From Vulcanimicrobiota bacterium (lineage in GTDB: Bacteria > Vulcanimicrobiota > Xenobia > Xenobiales > JADMJV01): a stretch of 64,000 nucleotides of DNA. Below are positions 1 to 11,056 of this stretch, in pieces (the first letter of the stretch is position 1; each line of letters begins with the position of its first letter). The notes under the pieces are model-generated. The model did not search any database. It was not told the origin of the DNA and worked only from the letters and a program-made list of their open reading frames with translations. The translations under genes were made by a program, and so were the position numbers. The stretch spans positions 1,774,884 through 1,838,883 of the forward strand of contig JBFWNU010000001.1 in the NCBI GenBank assembly GCA_050250895.1. The letters run 5' to 3'.

Positions 1-280
1 GGTGGGGCGGAATGTTCGACTCCATCGGCAAGACGGTGGCCGACGCGGCCAAGCAAGCAGCCGAGGCCAAATCGAACGAACCGGTCAAAGTGACCAACCC
101 GGCTCCGGCCGAGCCGCCCACCACCAGTGGCGGTTGGTGGGGCGGAATGTTCGACTCCATCGGCAAGACGGTGGCCGACGCGGCCAAGCAAGCAGCCGAG
201 GCCAAATCGAACGAACCGGTCAAAGTGACCAACCCGGCTCCGGCCGAGCCGCCCACCACCAGCGAGGGTTGGTGGGGCGA
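1..280 (+). repeat. 135-bp (45-aa) near-perfect coding tandem repeat, at least 2 copies
   Basis: ggtggggcg recurs at 1, 136 and 271; unit WGGMFDSIGKTVADAAKQAAEAK...PPTTS. Confidence 0.95.
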
Positions 281-2939
281 AATCGGTCGCTCGCTGAGTA
301 AGGTTGCGAGCGAGGCGGCGAAGGTGTCTAATCCTGGGGACCTCGCCAAAGCGACTGAGCCCAACCCGGGTGACGGGGCCAAAGTTACCAGTCCTAGCCT
401 GGGTGGGATGTCGCCGATAGACGGCGTGAAGATCAGCAATCCGGGCCTGGGCGGGGAAGCTAAGGTCAGTCCCGCTCCCGGCGGGACTTCCCCGCTTGAA
501 GGCGTAAAAATCAGCAATCCGGGTCTCGGAGGTGAGGCCAAGGTCAGTCCAAGTCCGGGTGGCACGTCTCCGATAGAAGGCGTAAGAATCAGCAATCCGG
601 ACCTCGGCGGTGAGGCCAGGGTCAGTCCGAGTCCGGGTGGCACGTCTCCGATAGAAGGCGTGAGGATCAGCAATCCGGGCCTGGGCGGCGAGGCCAAGGT
701 CAGTCCGGGACCGGGTGGGGTTACCAACCCTGGCAACGTCGACGGGGGAATGGTGACCAGTCCCAACCCTGGTGCGACGACGCCGATAGAAGGTGTTAAG
801 TTCTCCAACCCCGGCGCGGCTGGCGAGGCCAAGGTCAGTCCGGGATCGGGTGGGGTCACCAACCCTGGCACCGTCGACGGGGGAATGGTGACCAGCCCCA
901 GCCCGGGTGGGACGACGTCGGTAGAAAGCGCCAGAGTCACTAACCCCGGGCCCGGCGACCTGGCCAAGGCGACTCCAAATCCCGCTGCGCCGGCGGCGTG
1001 GTCGGCCAGTCCGGGACCGGCCGAGCCCGCCCCAGTGACGACATCCAATTTGGGTTCGGCAGCAGGGGAGAAATGGTCAGCCCCGCCACGAGTCGAGCCC
1101 GACCCCGTGTCTCCTCAGCCGGCTGCGCCCCCTACGGCTCCGGCTAAGGTCGAGGCGCCTCCGGTCGAGACCGCCCCGGTCAAGGCCGAGGCTCCCAGGG
1201 TCGAGGCTGCGCCCCTGAAGGCTTCGGCTGCGGCAAAGATCGAGGCCCCTCCGGTCGAGACCGCCCCGGTCAAGGCCGAGGCTCCCAGGGTCGAGGCTGC
1301 GCCTCCTACGGCTCCGGCTGCGGCTAAGGTCGAGGCGCCTCCGGTCGAGACCGCCCCGGTCAAGGCCGAGGCTCCCAGGGTCGAGGCTGCGCCCCTGAAG
1401 GCTTCGGCTCCGGCCAAAGTCGACGCCCCTCCGGTCGAGATTTCCCCGGTCAAGACCGACGCTCCCAGGGTCGAGGCTGCGCCCCCGCCGGCTCCGGCTG
1501 CGGCTAAGGTCGAGGCGCCTCCGGTCGAGACCGTCCCGGTCAAGGCCGAGGCTCCCAGGCTCGAGGCTGCGCCCCCGACGGCTCCGACTGCGGCTAAAGG
1601 CGAGGCTCCTCCGGCCGAGGTCACATCGACCAGGGTCGAGGTTTTCCGGAGCGAAGCTGGGCCGGTGGCCCCCCAGGCAGGCGCGGCCCGGACCGAGACG
1701 CCGAAGGGGGAGGCGGGTCCTGCCGAGCCAACCACGCGGGTCTCGAGCGTGCCCAGGGCTTCCGATGTGTTGTCTCAGGGAGGCTATCACGACAGCGTTT
1801 TCGAGGATATCAAGCGAGCGACCGAGCAATTGCTGCGGGCCAAGCAGGAGCAGCCTACCCTGGAATCGGCCGTCGGCTCGACGGCGCGTGCCCTGTTTGA
1901 CCAGAAGCTGGAACAACAGCGGGTCGTTGAGGAGCGTCATCAGGCCGAACAGATCCGCCGCGAAGAGGTCAAGCAGGAACAAAAGCAAGAGGCGGTCACT
2001 ACCGAACTCATCCGGGCGGAGCGCCGACGTGAGGCCGTGGCCGAGGCGGTCGTTAGCGAGCGGGCGGCCGTTCAGGCGGCGGCCGAGCAAAAGGCGGAAC
2101 AGAAGGCTGAGGCTCAACAAGCAGCAGCCAGAGTCGAGGCGGCACAAGTCATCGCGGCGGCCGAGGCTGCCCCCGGCGCGGTCGTGGCAGCGGCTACGAC
2201 TCCGGTGGCGACCGCGGGCGAACAAGTTTCAGCCGAGACCGCCGAGGAAGAGAAGAAAGAGGCCGACGAAAGGACCGCGGGCCCGGGGGGCCTTCATCAG
2301 CTGCAGCAGTCCCACCACCAGACCCAGCCACAATCGAGCGCCAGTTCCGCTGCTTCGGCGGTTGATTCGGTGGCCCAAAGCGAGTCGAAGTCCGAAGGAC
2401 AGGGGCAGCGCCGAGCCAGCGGCCAGGAGTCGGCCAAGCAACAACAACATACCCAGCAACAAGGCCAGCATAGCGAGAGTAGCCGGGCCCGGGGGCAGCA
2501 CCAGCGCCAGAAGCAGACGCAGGGAGGGGGTAAGCAGCAGACCGGCGAGACCGACAGTAGTCAACGCTGGCAGAAACTTCGCAACGAAAAGGCCGAGCAG
2601 GCCGAACTCAAGCGCGACGACGACTCGACGTCGGTCGACACCTCTCCCGGTCGTTGCCCGGGCTGCGGAACCGAGCTACCTGAGGCCAATCAGGGCATCT
2701 GCCCCGTCTGCCAGCTCAAGGAAGTGTCACACATCAACGTGGACGCAATCCGACGCGGGGGAGCCCGATTCTTCGTGGTGGCCGATGGCCTGTCGACCTC
2801 GACCCACGCTCAGATGGCCCTCAAGGCCCAGACGGTCGAGCAGCTGTCGAGTCTGCGCTACATGCCCAAACTGCCGTCGCGCCAGCAGCTCAGCCGGGTA
2901 GTCCAGGGCGAAAAACCAGCCGAGCCGGATGAATCTTGA
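3..2939 (+). CDS. Large Pro/Ala/Gly repeat protein with coiled-coil and Q-rich region and C-terminal Zn ribbon; probably 5'-truncated by the window edge
   Basis: Frame is open to the window start (first ATG at 12 lies inside a repeat unit); three tandem-repeat blocks; CPGC-x11-CPVC near the C-terminus. Confidence 0.8.
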   Translation, partial: WGGMFDSIGKTVADAAKQAAEAKSNEPVKVTNPAPAEPPTTSGGWWGGMFDSIGKTVADAAKQAAEAKSNEPVKVTNPAPAEPPTTSEGWWGEIGRSLSKVASEAAKVSNPGDLAKATEPNPGDGAKVTSPSLGGMSPIDGVKISNPGLGGEAKVSPAPGGTSPLEGVKISNPGLGGEAKVSPSPGGTSPIEGVRISNPDLGGEARVSPSPGGTSPIEGVRISNPGLGGEAKVSPGPGGVTNPGNVDGGMVTSPNPGATTPIEGVKFSNPGAAGEAKVSPGSGGVTNPGTVDGGMVTSPSPGGTTSVESARVTNPGPGDLAKATPNPAAPAAWSASPGPAEPAPVTTSNLGSAAGEKWSAPPRVEPDPVSPQPAAPPTAPAKVEAPPVETAPVKAEAPRVEAAPLKASAAAKIEAPPVETAPVKAEAPRVEAAPPTAPAAAKVEAPPVETAPVKAEAPRVEAAPLKASAPAKVDAPPVEISPVKTDAPRVEAAPPPAPAAAKVEAPPVETVPVKAEAPRLEAAPPTAPTAAKGEAPPAEVTSTRVEVFRSEAGPVAPQAGAARTETPKGEAGPAEPTTRVSSVPRASDVLSQGGYHDSVFEDIKRATEQLLRAKQEQPTLESAVGSTARALFDQKLEQQRVVEERHQAEQIRREEVKQEQKQEAVTTELIRAERRREAVAEAVVSERAAVQAAAEQKAEQKAEAQQAAARVEAAQVIAAAEAAPGAVVAAATTPVATAGEQVSAETAEEEKKEADERTAGPGGLHQLQQSHHQTQPQSSASSAASAVDSVAQSESKSEGQGQRRASGQESAKQQQHTQQQGQHSESSRARGQHQRQKQTQGGGKQQTGETDSSQRWQKLRNEKAEQAELKRDDDSTSVDTSPGRCPGCGTELPEANQGICPVCQLKEVSHINVDAIRRGGARFFVVADGLSTSTHAQMALKAQTVEQLSSLRYMPKLPSRQQLSRVVQGEKPAEPDES
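411..720 (+). repeat. 78-bp (26-aa) coding tandem repeat, 4 copies plus degenerate copies to about 950
   Basis: SP(I/L)(D/E)GV(K/R)ISNPGLGGEAKVSPxPGGT repeated. Confidence 0.9.
1141..1612 (+). repeat. 90-bp (30-aa) coding repeat, about 5 copies, arranged as 180-bp higher-order dimers
   Basis: cggctaaggtcgaggcgcctccggtcgaga at 1141, 1321 and 1501; units alternate AAPLKAS and AAPPTAP. Confidence 0.9.
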
Positions 2940-2940
2940 G

Positions 2941-3102
2941 CTAGCCGGCGTACCACTGGAAGAAGCGCAGGGCGGCGCCGAATACCATCAGCAGGGCGAG
3001 AAAGAGAGCTAGACGGTCCAGGAATTCATTGACCTCCTGGCGACGCTTCCAGAGGCGATAGCCCAACACGCCGCCGATGGCCATGAGCAGCAACCACTTC
3101 AT
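2941..3102 (-). CDS. Small membrane protein (53 aa), absent from the ORF track
   Basis: [53 protein letters not shown]; ATGA overlap with the upstream PPIase stop; two hydrophobic segments. Confidence 0.7.
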   Translation of the reverse strand: MKWLLLMAIGGVLGYRLWKRRQEVNEFLDRLALFLALLMVFGAALRFFQWYAG

Positions 3103-4967
3103 CTGCCAGGCTTCCAGACCTGGCCCGATTCTCCCTGGAGCTCGATCGAGAGCAAGTGGTCGCCGACCTGCAGGCGGTCGACGACCTCCATGCCTTCCTC
3201 CACCTGGCCGAAGACGGTGTAGTTGCCGTCGAGGCGGGGCTGGCGAGAATGGCAGATGAAGAATTGGCTGCCGCCGGTATCTTTACCGGCCAGGGCCATG
3301 CCCACGGTGCCCCGGCGGTAGGGGTGACGGTTGATTTCGCAGCCGATGGTATAGCCGGGCCCACCCCAACCGTCGCTGCGCGGGCAGCCGGCCTGGACCA
3401 CAAAATCGGGCACCACCCGGTGGATCTGATTGCCCGTCCAGAAGCCGCTGGCGGCCAGGTGGGCGAAATTGGCCACCGTGCGGGGTGCATCGGGGCCGAA
3501 GAAAGCAATGACGAACGAACCTTTCTCGGTGGTAATACGAGCTCGGGCCGGCAGTTCGCCACTGCGCAAGACCGGTTCGTGAGGCGCCGCCCCGGGGACC
3601 GTCGGAGCTGGTTGTCCCAGGGCTTTGCGGGCTGCCCCGGCCAGGTTGGCGTCAGCCGATCTGGCCGCTTGTTCGAGGCGGGCGCGGGCCCGGGGGTCCT
3701 TGAGGCTTCCCAGGGCCGTGAGCATGCCCTGGACGGTCTCGCTGTCGTCTTGAGCGGTGAAAAAGTCGATCGCCTCCAGCAGGTCCGGCAACGCCTGCAC
3801 ATCCTGCCAGGTCGCTATAACGTCGGCCGCCAGCGGGGTGAGGGCCAGGTCGCGTTGGCGCAGATAGGTGAGTACGGCCGCGCGCAGGCGAGGTTCTGGC
3901 TTGAATTTGGTGGCCGCCTCGAGGGCGGCTTCGGCCACGCGGCGGTCGGGGTCGTGGAGCAGGCGAACCAGCAGGGGGGTGGCCTCGGGAAACGTGGCCA
4001 GGGCTGAGGCTGTCGCCTTGCGGGTGCGCCAGTCGAGCGCCCGCGAGTGGGCCCCTAGATAGGGCATCGCCTGGGCGCCCAGCACCTGGGCCAGCGCCTG
4101 GGGGTCATCGACCAGCTGCGGTAGAAGCGGCAAAGCCCAGGGGCCAAGCCCGGCCGAGGCGAGCTGACGGACATGGGCAGAGGGGTCGTCCAGGGCTGCT
4201 CGGGTGGCCTCGATGTCTTCGATTCGGGCCAGGGCTTTGGCCGCGGCCGCCCGGATCCTCCACATCTTGTGAGACTGGAGCTTGCGTAGCCCGGGGCCTG
4301 CCTGGGGATAGGTCACGGCTCCGAAATAGCGGGCCGCGCTCAGCCCCATGGCCTGGCGCTCGAGGGCTTCCAGCGCCCTCGGGGCTGCGCCGGCGTCTTC
4401 GGCGGCGGTGAGTGCGTAAAGGGCATTGCGGGCCGTCTCGAGGTCGGGCGAGGCGACCAGCTTGCGCAGGCGGCTGAGACTGGCTTCGTCGACGGCCGGC
4501 AGGTCAGGCCGCGAGCGTTTGCGACGGATTGAATAACGCCCCGCTCCGAGAGCGGCGGTCGAGGCCAGTTCGGGCTCGTCGAGCCAGCCAGGAAGCAGGG
4601 CCAGGGTGTCGGCCCCGCCCATCTTGAGGGCGGCTTCCACCAGCAAGGGCTTGATCACCATGGGGGCCGAGCCAAGCTCGGCCAGCACCTCGGCCTCGGC
4701 GGGTACCTGGCCCAGGGCGAACGCGGCTTCTTCCTGGACCGCCGGCTCGGGGTCCCTGAGGGCTTTGACTAGCAGGGGAATGGCCTTGGGGTTCTGCAGG
4801 CGACCGAGGGCCACCGTTGCCCGCGCTCTGACGGCCGGGTCGGCGTGGTCGAGATAGGTGGTCAGGGGAGGGCCCGGAGGGCGCCGCGAGTGTTCGAGAG
4901 CTTCGATCTCCTCGATGGGACCGGCCCAGACCGGCAAGCTGAGCAGGAGGAGCAGCAGCCACCTCAT
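3099..4967 (-). CDS. Exported HEAT-repeat protein fused to a cyclophilin-type peptidyl-prolyl isomerase
   Basis: Signal peptide [15 protein letters not shown]; HEAT repeats; cyclophilin motifs [34 protein letters not shown]; ATGA overlap with purB. Confidence 0.9.
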   Translation of the reverse strand: MRWLLLLLLSLPVWAGPIEEIEALEHSRRPPGPPLTTYLDHADPAVRARATVALGRLQNPKAIPLLVKALRDPEPAVQEEAAFALGQVPAEAEVLAELGSAPMVIKPLLVEAALKMGGADTLALLPGWLDEPELASTAALGAGRYSIRRKRSRPDLPAVDEASLSRLRKLVASPDLETARNALYALTAAEDAGAAPRALEALERQAMGLSAARYFGAVTYPQAGPGLRKLQSHKMWRIRAAAAKALARIEDIEATRAALDDPSAHVRQLASAGLGPWALPLLPQLVDDPQALAQVLGAQAMPYLGAHSRALDWRTRKATASALATFPEATPLLVRLLHDPDRRVAEAALEAATKFKPEPRLRAAVLTYLRQRDLALTPLAADVIATWQDVQALPDLLEAIDFFTAQDDSETVQGMLTALGSLKDPRARARLEQAARSADANLAGAARKALGQPAPTVPGAAPHEPVLRSGELPARARITTEKGSFVIAFFGPDAPRTVANFAHLAASGFWTGNQIHRVVPDFVVQAGCPRSDGWGGPGYTIGCEINRHPYRRGTVGMALAGKDTGGSQFFICHSRQPRLDGNYTVFGQVEEGMEVVDRLQVGDHLLSIELQGESGQVWKPGR

Positions 4968-6337
4968 AGCGAGAGCCGTTCCTTCCAATAGTGGGCAGTC
5001 TCGAGCGCCGCCTGGTGGGCGGGGCCGGTCATAGCCCGGGGCGAGGACAGAGCCTCACGCTGGCGTGGCTCGAGCCTGGCCAGATAGGGGGCCAGTTCGG
5101 GATCGGCGGCGAGTAATTCGGGCAGTTTGCCCGAGGCCAGGGTGAGCAGTCGCACCTTTTCGTGGGCGTCCGGACAGCCCACCGACGACAGCAGCACCTG
5201 AGCTGGACCCGATACCACCTGATCCAGGCCAGCGAGGCGCTCGCTCATGCGCTCTCGCACCACCACCAGGCCGTGCAGGCCGCGGGTGGCCCGTTTGGCG
5301 GCCACCGTCAAGCCCAGCACCAGCCGGGGCAGAAAGCGCGCCGAAGCCGAATTGGTCAAATCGCGCTGATGTTCCGAGATCTGGTCCATGTAGAAGGTCA
5401 TCAGGCTAGGCATGAAGGTCTTCCAGAGACTTTTGATGTTCTCCCAGGTAATGGGGTTCTGTTTGTGGGGCATGGCCGAAGAGCCCACTTGCGATTCGGC
5501 CTTGTAGCTCTCGGCCACTTCGGCGATCTCGCTGCGTTGCAGGTGGCGCAGGTCGTCGGCCAGGTTGGCCAGCACGCCGAAGGCGGCGGTCAGGTGGTGG
5601 AGCACGGCCAGAGCCGGCTCGGGATGGGTGATCTGGGTCGAGGTATGGTTGGGCTCGAGGTCGAGCTGGGCCAGCACCTCGCGTTCGATGGCTCGGGGGT
5701 CGTCAAACAGCAGGCCCATGGCCACATAGGCCCCCACCGCCCCCGAGAACTTGCCGCGCAGGTGACCCAGCGACTCTTCCAGGGCAGTGACACAAAACCC
5801 CAGCCGGTCGAGAATAACGGCCAGGGCGTAACCGAAGGTGATCGGCTCGGCGTATTGTCCGTGAGTGCGGCCGATGGTGGGCGTCTCGGCCTCGCGCTCG
5901 GCCAGCCGCGCCAATTCGGTACAGACTTCGCGCAGGGCCGGCAGGGCGAAGTCGCGTACGCCTTCCCTCAGCCGCATGAGGTGGGCATTCGAGAGGATGT
6001 CGTAGGACGTGGCACCGAGATGAATGAGTGGTTTGACCGGTTCAGGAGCGTAACGCGCCATGCAGTTGACCACGGCCTTGAGGTCGTGGCGGACCCTGTC
6101 GTCTTCGGCCATCAGCTCGTCAGGCGTGATGGAGCGACTGCTCTGGCGCGTCTGTTCGACCAGGTCGGCGGTGAGAAAACCACGGTTGGCCAATACGGCG
6201 AGAAGAGCCAACTCTACCTCGACGCAATGGTCTAGATAAAGTGTGGCATCCGCCATACGTTCGGCCGCGCGCTCGAGAAAGTCGCCACGTAAGTAGCGCG
6301 CGATGAGTGGATCTGGGAGCGAAAGCCTCGATTGCAT
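4964..6337 (-). CDS. purB: Adenylosuccinate lyase
   Basis: [16 protein letters not shown] and [11 protein letters not shown] fumarate-lyase signature; start set at ATG 6337. Confidence 0.92.
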   Translation of the reverse strand: MQSRLSLPDPLIARYLRGDFLERAAERMADATLYLDHCVEVELALLAVLANRGFLTADLVEQTRQSSRSITPDELMAEDDRVRHDLKAVVNCMARYAPEPVKPLIHLGATSYDILSNAHLMRLREGVRDFALPALREVCTELARLAEREAETPTIGRTHGQYAEPITFGYALAVILDRLGFCVTALEESLGHLRGKFSGAVGAYVAMGLLFDDPRAIEREVLAQLDLEPNHTSTQITHPEPALAVLHHLTAAFGVLANLADDLRHLQRSEIAEVAESYKAESQVGSSAMPHKQNPITWENIKSLWKTFMPSLMTFYMDQISEHQRDLTNSASARFLPRLVLGLTVAAKRATRGLHGLVVVRERMSERLAGLDQVVSGPAQVLLSSVGCPDAHEKVRLLTLASGKLPELLAADPELAPYLARLEPRQREALSSPRAMTGPAHQAALETAHYWKERLSL

Positions 6338-6393
6338 CGAGAGCGGTTCGCAACAGTCCAGGGAATTCCTTGGACGATGACAAAGCAGCGGAT

Positions 6394-9294
6394 ATGCCAA
6401 CAACCGCTAATTCCAAGTTCAAAGCCAATGGGGTCGGGGTCGAGGTGGCCCGCGACCGGGTCGTCTGCCGCTGGGAGAAAGACATCCACCAGAAGCTCAA
6501 CTATGCCGACGAAGACCTGGTTCTGAGAATTCTCAAGGGTCTCGAACCGGTGTCGCAGCATCGTATCAATCATCTCTCCCAGAAAGAGCTGGTGCTTGAT
6601 CCGGGCAACTATCGCGTCGAGGTAGCCCGCGCGCATCGTCCTGAAGTCGAGGTTCGTAGCTCGCTCGAGCCGACTCCCTCGGTGACCTGGATTCAGGACA
6701 GCCCCGCCTCTCAGGTGGTGATTTGGAGTCATGTCAATTGGGCCGACGTGCAAGAGCAGGTCGAGCGCATCCACGTTGTCGACTGGGAGACCGAAACCTC
6801 GGTAGCTTTGAAGGTGGTGTGGGAAGGCGACTCCGCCGCCGGACGCAGCGTGCAGTGGCTGCCCGTTCCGGCCCGCGACCACGTCACCCTGATGGGCCGG
6901 GCCGAGCAGGTCGAACTGTGCGTGGTCGACCCCGACACCCACAAGATCTATAAGTCGCTGTTCCTGGCTCGAAAGTTGCCGGTCAGCCCACTCCAGGTGT
7001 TGGCCAACGTTCCCATCGAAGTCCCGGTGCCTGAAGGTTACCTCGGGCTCACGCGGGAGATTATCGAGACCGACACCCTGCAGGTCCGAGCCGAATGGAA
7101 TCTCGGCCGCGACCAGGGCGAGAAGTTTCGCCTGGTGCTCGAGCGCGATGGCCAGGTGGTCAGTCCCAATGAGTGCATGGTCGGCCCTCGGGGCGACTAC
7201 TACTTCCATAGTCTCAAGCCGGGCAACTACGTAGCCAAGCTGTACAAACCCCGTTCCAAGAAGGCGGTCATCGAGTCTTCGGGTCTACCACTGGTAGAGA
7301 TTGGTAACTCTATCACTTTGATGCCGGTCGACGAGCGCCGGGGCTTTGCCTATTGGCACATCGCCGCCGACACCTGGTCGCGTTTGACTGAAAAGCACGG
7401 CGAGTTACTCGGTCGAGTGCGCTGTGTCTTGCGCATCCATCTCGAAGTCGGTGGACGTTTTACTCCTCGCAACGATCTCTCGCGCGAGGTCAACCTCGAC
7501 TCGGCCCGTGACTACTATCTCGACCTGGCTCCTGACCGCACCTATAAAGCGCAACTGGTGGCCAGCATCGATGGAGCCACCGAAGAGGTCTTGACCGAGC
7601 TGTCCAATCGCTGTCAACTCGGCCGCTTGGAGGCCGGTACCAACCCGCTTGAGCACAAATGGCTGCCTCAGCAGATCGAGCATCCTTCCATTCGGCCGAT
7701 GCGGGGGCCGACCGGCATCGCCAAATATTCCATCGGCTATCTGTTGCTGCATCTGCACGCGCACCTACCGTTCGTGCCCGATCCCATTCACTTCGGCGAC
7801 GACAAAGACGCCTGGCGTCCCGTCGGCTATCCCCAGGAATGGTATGCCGAAGCCGTGCGCGAGACCTATCTGCCCCTGCTCTACCTATTCGAACGGCTGC
7901 ATCGCGAAGGCGTCGACTTCAAGCTGTCGATGGACATCTCGCCGCCGGTGGCCGCCATGATGCGCAGCCAGCGGCATGCTGCCGATGTGCTCGAATACCA
8001 TCAGCGATTGATCAATCTGGCTCGTCTCGAGGTCGAACGAACCGCTCGCGAAGAGCCCCACTATCTGGCCCCGGCCGAGATGCACCTGCGCCACCTGCGC
8101 CGCAATCTGGATCTGTTCATGGGCTACAAAGGCGACCTTATCGGGGCCTTCAAGAAGTTTCAGGATCTGGGTCATCTCGAGATCTGCACCTGCGTGGGTA
8201 CCCATCCCATGTTGCCTCTGTGGACGAGCCGGCCCCAGGCCATGCGGGGCCAGATTCTGGCCGCGGCACGCTATCACGAAGAGATCTTCGGGCGGCCCTC
8301 GCTCGGCGTCTGGCTACCCGAGTGCGCCTATACGCCCGGAGTCGAGCCCTACCTCGAAGAAGCCGGCTTTCGCTACTTCTTCTCGGAAGAGCATACCGTC
8401 ACCCGGGGCGATTGTCCGGCCGAATTCTGGGTCAACGCGCCCGTCTATGCCAAAGGCTCGCAACTGGCCATCTTTCCTCGCGATCCCGAGACCGGCAAGC
8501 AGGTTTGGAGCGGTGACGAGGGCTACCCCGGAGACGCCGACTATCTCGAGTTTCACATTCGGGGCGGGCCCTTCAAATACAATCGTATCACCGACCGGCG
8601 TGGCGGGCACAAAGAGCCTTACGTGCCCGAGTGGGCTGACAACAAAGCGTCCAGTCACGCCGGCCATTTCCTGGATTGTCGCAACGCTCGCTTCGAATAT
8701 CTACGCCGCATGATGTGGAAAAAGCCGGTGATAGTGGCTCCCTACGACGCCGAGTTGTTCGGGCATCACTGGTATGAGGGGCCCAGCTTTCTGTACTATC
8801 TGTTCAAGAAGATCCATTACGACCAGAATCAGACCGAACTGATCACTCCCAGCGCCTACCTGGCAGCCAATCCGACCTCCCAGGACATGTACCCGTGCGT
8901 CTCGAGCTGGGGCCACAAGGGTACCTTCGAAAAGTGGATGTATGGCGGCACCTCGTGGATGTATCGGCACGCCCACGAGGCGGCTGACGAGATGGGCAAA
9001 CTGGCGGCTATGGGTTACGACAACGAGATGCAAAAGCGCGTGCTGGCCCAGGCGGGTCGCCAGTTGATGTTGGCCATGTCGAGCGATCTGCCTTTCGTGA
9101 TCTCCAACGGTCACTTCGTGGATCGCATGAAAGACCTGTTCTTCTCGTCGCTGCGAGAGTTCTGGCGTCTGGCCACCGAGTTTCGCAGCCTGCGCGAGGG
9201 CGGTTCGATCGACGAAGATCGGCTGCGTTGTCTCGAACTCGAAAACTGCGTCTTCCCCAACCTCGATCCGAACTGGTTCGCTAATCTAGGCTGA
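6394..9294 (+). CDS. GH57 1,4-alpha-glucan branching enzyme with long N-terminal extension including a DUF4912-like domain
   Basis: HAHLPFV, WLPECAY (nucleophile Glu), PYDAELFGHHWYEG (acid/base Asp); ITLMPVDERRGFAYWHI resembles DUF4912. Confidence 0.88.
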   Translation: MPTTANSKFKANGVGVEVARDRVVCRWEKDIHQKLNYADEDLVLRILKGLEPVSQHRINHLSQKELVLDPGNYRVEVARAHRPEVEVRSSLEPTPSVTWIQDSPASQVVIWSHVNWADVQEQVERIHVVDWETETSVALKVVWEGDSAAGRSVQWLPVPARDHVTLMGRAEQVELCVVDPDTHKIYKSLFLARKLPVSPLQVLANVPIEVPVPEGYLGLTREIIETDTLQVRAEWNLGRDQGEKFRLVLERDGQVVSPNECMVGPRGDYYFHSLKPGNYVAKLYKPRSKKAVIESSGLPLVEIGNSITLMPVDERRGFAYWHIAADTWSRLTEKHGELLGRVRCVLRIHLEVGGRFTPRNDLSREVNLDSARDYYLDLAPDRTYKAQLVASIDGATEEVLTELSNRCQLGRLEAGTNPLEHKWLPQQIEHPSIRPMRGPTGIAKYSIGYLLLHLHAHLPFVPDPIHFGDDKDAWRPVGYPQEWYAEAVRETYLPLLYLFERLHREGVDFKLSMDISPPVAAMMRSQRHAADVLEYHQRLINLARLEVERTAREEPHYLAPAEMHLRHLRRNLDLFMGYKGDLIGAFKKFQDLGHLEICTCVGTHPMLPLWTSRPQAMRGQILAAARYHEEIFGRPSLGVWLPECAYTPGVEPYLEEAGFRYFFSEEHTVTRGDCPAEFWVNAPVYAKGSQLAIFPRDPETGKQVWSGDEGYPGDADYLEFHIRGGPFKYNRITDRRGGHKEPYVPEWADNKASSHAGHFLDCRNARFEYLRRMMWKKPVIVAPYDAELFGHHWYEGPSFLYYLFKKIHYDQNQTELITPSAYLAANPTSQDMYPCVSSWGHKGTFEKWMYGGTSWMYRHAHEAADEMGKLAAMGYDNEMQKRVLAQAGRQLMLAMSSDLPFVISNGHFVDRMKDLFFSSLREFWRLATEFRSLREGGSIDEDRLRCLELENCVFPNLDPNWFANLG

Positions 9295-9699
9295 ACGGCG
9301 CGAGGGCAACAGGCGCAGCACTCCACTGGCGGCCTCGCGGAGTTCGAGGCTCGAGCCGCGGGCCAGCCGCTGGCTCTGGTCTCGCAGCGACTCCCTGGCC
9401 TCCGGAGGCAAGGCGGGATAGACCAGCGGGAGCATGCGCTGCAGGGCTTTGAGGCAATGAAGCTGGGCTGCGCACTGACCGCTTTCGAGACTCTTGAGGA
9501 TGAAGAGATGGCCTCCCTCGAGTTCGAGCAAAGTGATGGCCGCGCGCAGGCCGACCCTGGGCTCGTCGAGCAGCGTCGAGAGCGCCCGCCGGGCTGCCCA
9601 CGAGCGGCTGCGGGCCAGCACTCCAAAGGCCTGACGACATGGTTGAAAACGTCGTTCGGCGCGTAAGCTGTCGGCCAAAGCGATAAATTCTGTCTTCAT
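9286..9699 (-). CDS. Hypothetical helical (HEAT-like) protein
   Basis: 137-aa ORF with SD-like GGAGGG upstream; amphipathic helices. Confidence 0.55.
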   Translation of the reverse strand: MKTEFIALADSLRAERRFQPCRQAFGVLARSRSWAARRALSTLLDEPRVGLRAAITLLELEGGHLFILKSLESGQCAAQLHCLKALQRMLPLVYPALPPEARESLRDQSQRLARGSSLELREAASGVLRLLPSRRSA

Positions 9700-9781
9700 A
9701 GAGCCCTCCAGATTCTCTGCAGAGCATAGTGGACCGAGCTGACTTTAAGCCGACATGCAACGGGCGGATGTGAACAGTTGG

Positions 9782-10765
9782 TTAACTTCGCCTTGTCTCG
9801 GGACGACGCGCAAACCCTCGCCACGAGTTGCGATTGTGCCACCCGATGACCACCTCTTCGAGGCGCGAGAACCACCTGGTGAAGTCGTCCTGGGTCAGGT
9901 AGAACGCGATTTCGGGGTGGAGGTGGTCGTAGACGATGGTCTCGACCTCACGCTGGGGGAAGTCAGCCAGATACAGAATGTAGTCCTGATAGAACAGGCG
10001 CCGTTGGGGAAAGAACCGGTTCAGCGGCCGGTAGATCCCGCGCGCCAGGGCTACGATCACCCAGGCCAAGGCCCAGGCCACGGTCTTGAGCACATGGCGG
10101 GGAAGACGACTGGCCACGTGCTGACGGAAAGGGTTGACCAGATAGATGATCCAGCCGTTGTTTTCGCGACCATAGACCCAGGCCGACAAATGGCCGCCGG
10201 GCTTGACCGTATCGAGCACCGAGCGAAAGCCGCCCTCTGGGTCGGGTAGGTGGTGGAGCACGCCTACCGAGAATGCGTAGTCGAACGTGCCTGGCCGGAA
10301 GGGCAAGCGCATCAGGTCGGCTCGAACCACCTCGATGCCAGGTTGGCGACTGGTAGCCTGCCGGGCCACCTGGCTGGCCGGACCCAGATCGACCCCCACC
10401 ACCAGCCGCGCTCCGAAGCTGGCCGAAGCTAGCAGGTGTCGGCCTTTGCCGCAACCGGCGTCGAGCACCAGCTTATCGCGAAAGAAGTCGGCCTCGACGG
10501 GGCGCAGCCAGTCGAGCAACTGCTGGCGATACAAGTCGCGTTGCTCGTTGTAGTGCTGCCACTGCTCACCGAAGCTGTCAGAGACGCTCTGGCTGGCCGA
10601 GCCGACTTCGGTCAGCATCTGAGGCACGCCTTCGACCACGGGATAGCTCCGACCGCAGCGGCTGCAGTCGAGCTGACCCGATTCGAGATGATCGCCGTCA
10701 AACGAGCATTCGAGCTCGCCCCGGCAGGCTGGGCAGACGAGTATTTCGAGCATTTCGCGACGCAT
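9782..10765 (-). CDS. Class I SAM methyltransferase with N-terminal Trm112-like Zn domain
   Basis: LVCPACRGEL...CSRCGRSYPVVEGVP; VLDAGCGKG; GVLHH; KPGG. Confidence 0.88.
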   Translation of the reverse strand: MRREMLEILVCPACRGELECSFDGDHLESGQLDCSRCGRSYPVVEGVPQMLTEVGSASQSVSDSFGEQWQHYNEQRDLYRQQLLDWLRPVEADFFRDKLVLDAGCGKGRHLLASASFGARLVVGVDLGPASQVARQATSRQPGIEVVRADLMRLPFRPGTFDYAFSVGVLHHLPDPEGGFRSVLDTVKPGGHLSAWVYGRENNGWIIYLVNPFRQHVASRLPRHVLKTVAWALAWVIVALARGIYRPLNRFFPQRRLFYQDYILYLADFPQREVETIVYDHLHPEIAFYLTQDDFTRWFSRLEEVVIGWHNRNSWRGFARRPETRRS

Positions 10766-11056
10766 GGGAACTGCTTCTTGTCCAGAGATTAACATCCTGT
10801 GCATGAAAGTTTTACAGGCTGTTTACATGAAATGTGACAATACAAACACCCGCTTAAACCGATCCCTGGTATCGTCTGAGTATGGCACTGCTCGCAAACA
10901 TCGCGCAAAGCATCGACACCGAGAAGACCTGGGTGAAAATCCGGGTCGGGGCTGGACAATAGCCTTTCTCGCGTCTTTGTAACACGCTCGTAAGACCTCT
11001 AGACACCGCTTCTGTTAGGCTGAAAGAAGCCAACCACAGACATAGAGGCAGAGCAA

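Noticed and set aside
1-1612. CRISPR-like periodicity
   Set aside because: The periods are multiples of 3 within one ORF, with no unique spacers and no cas genes.
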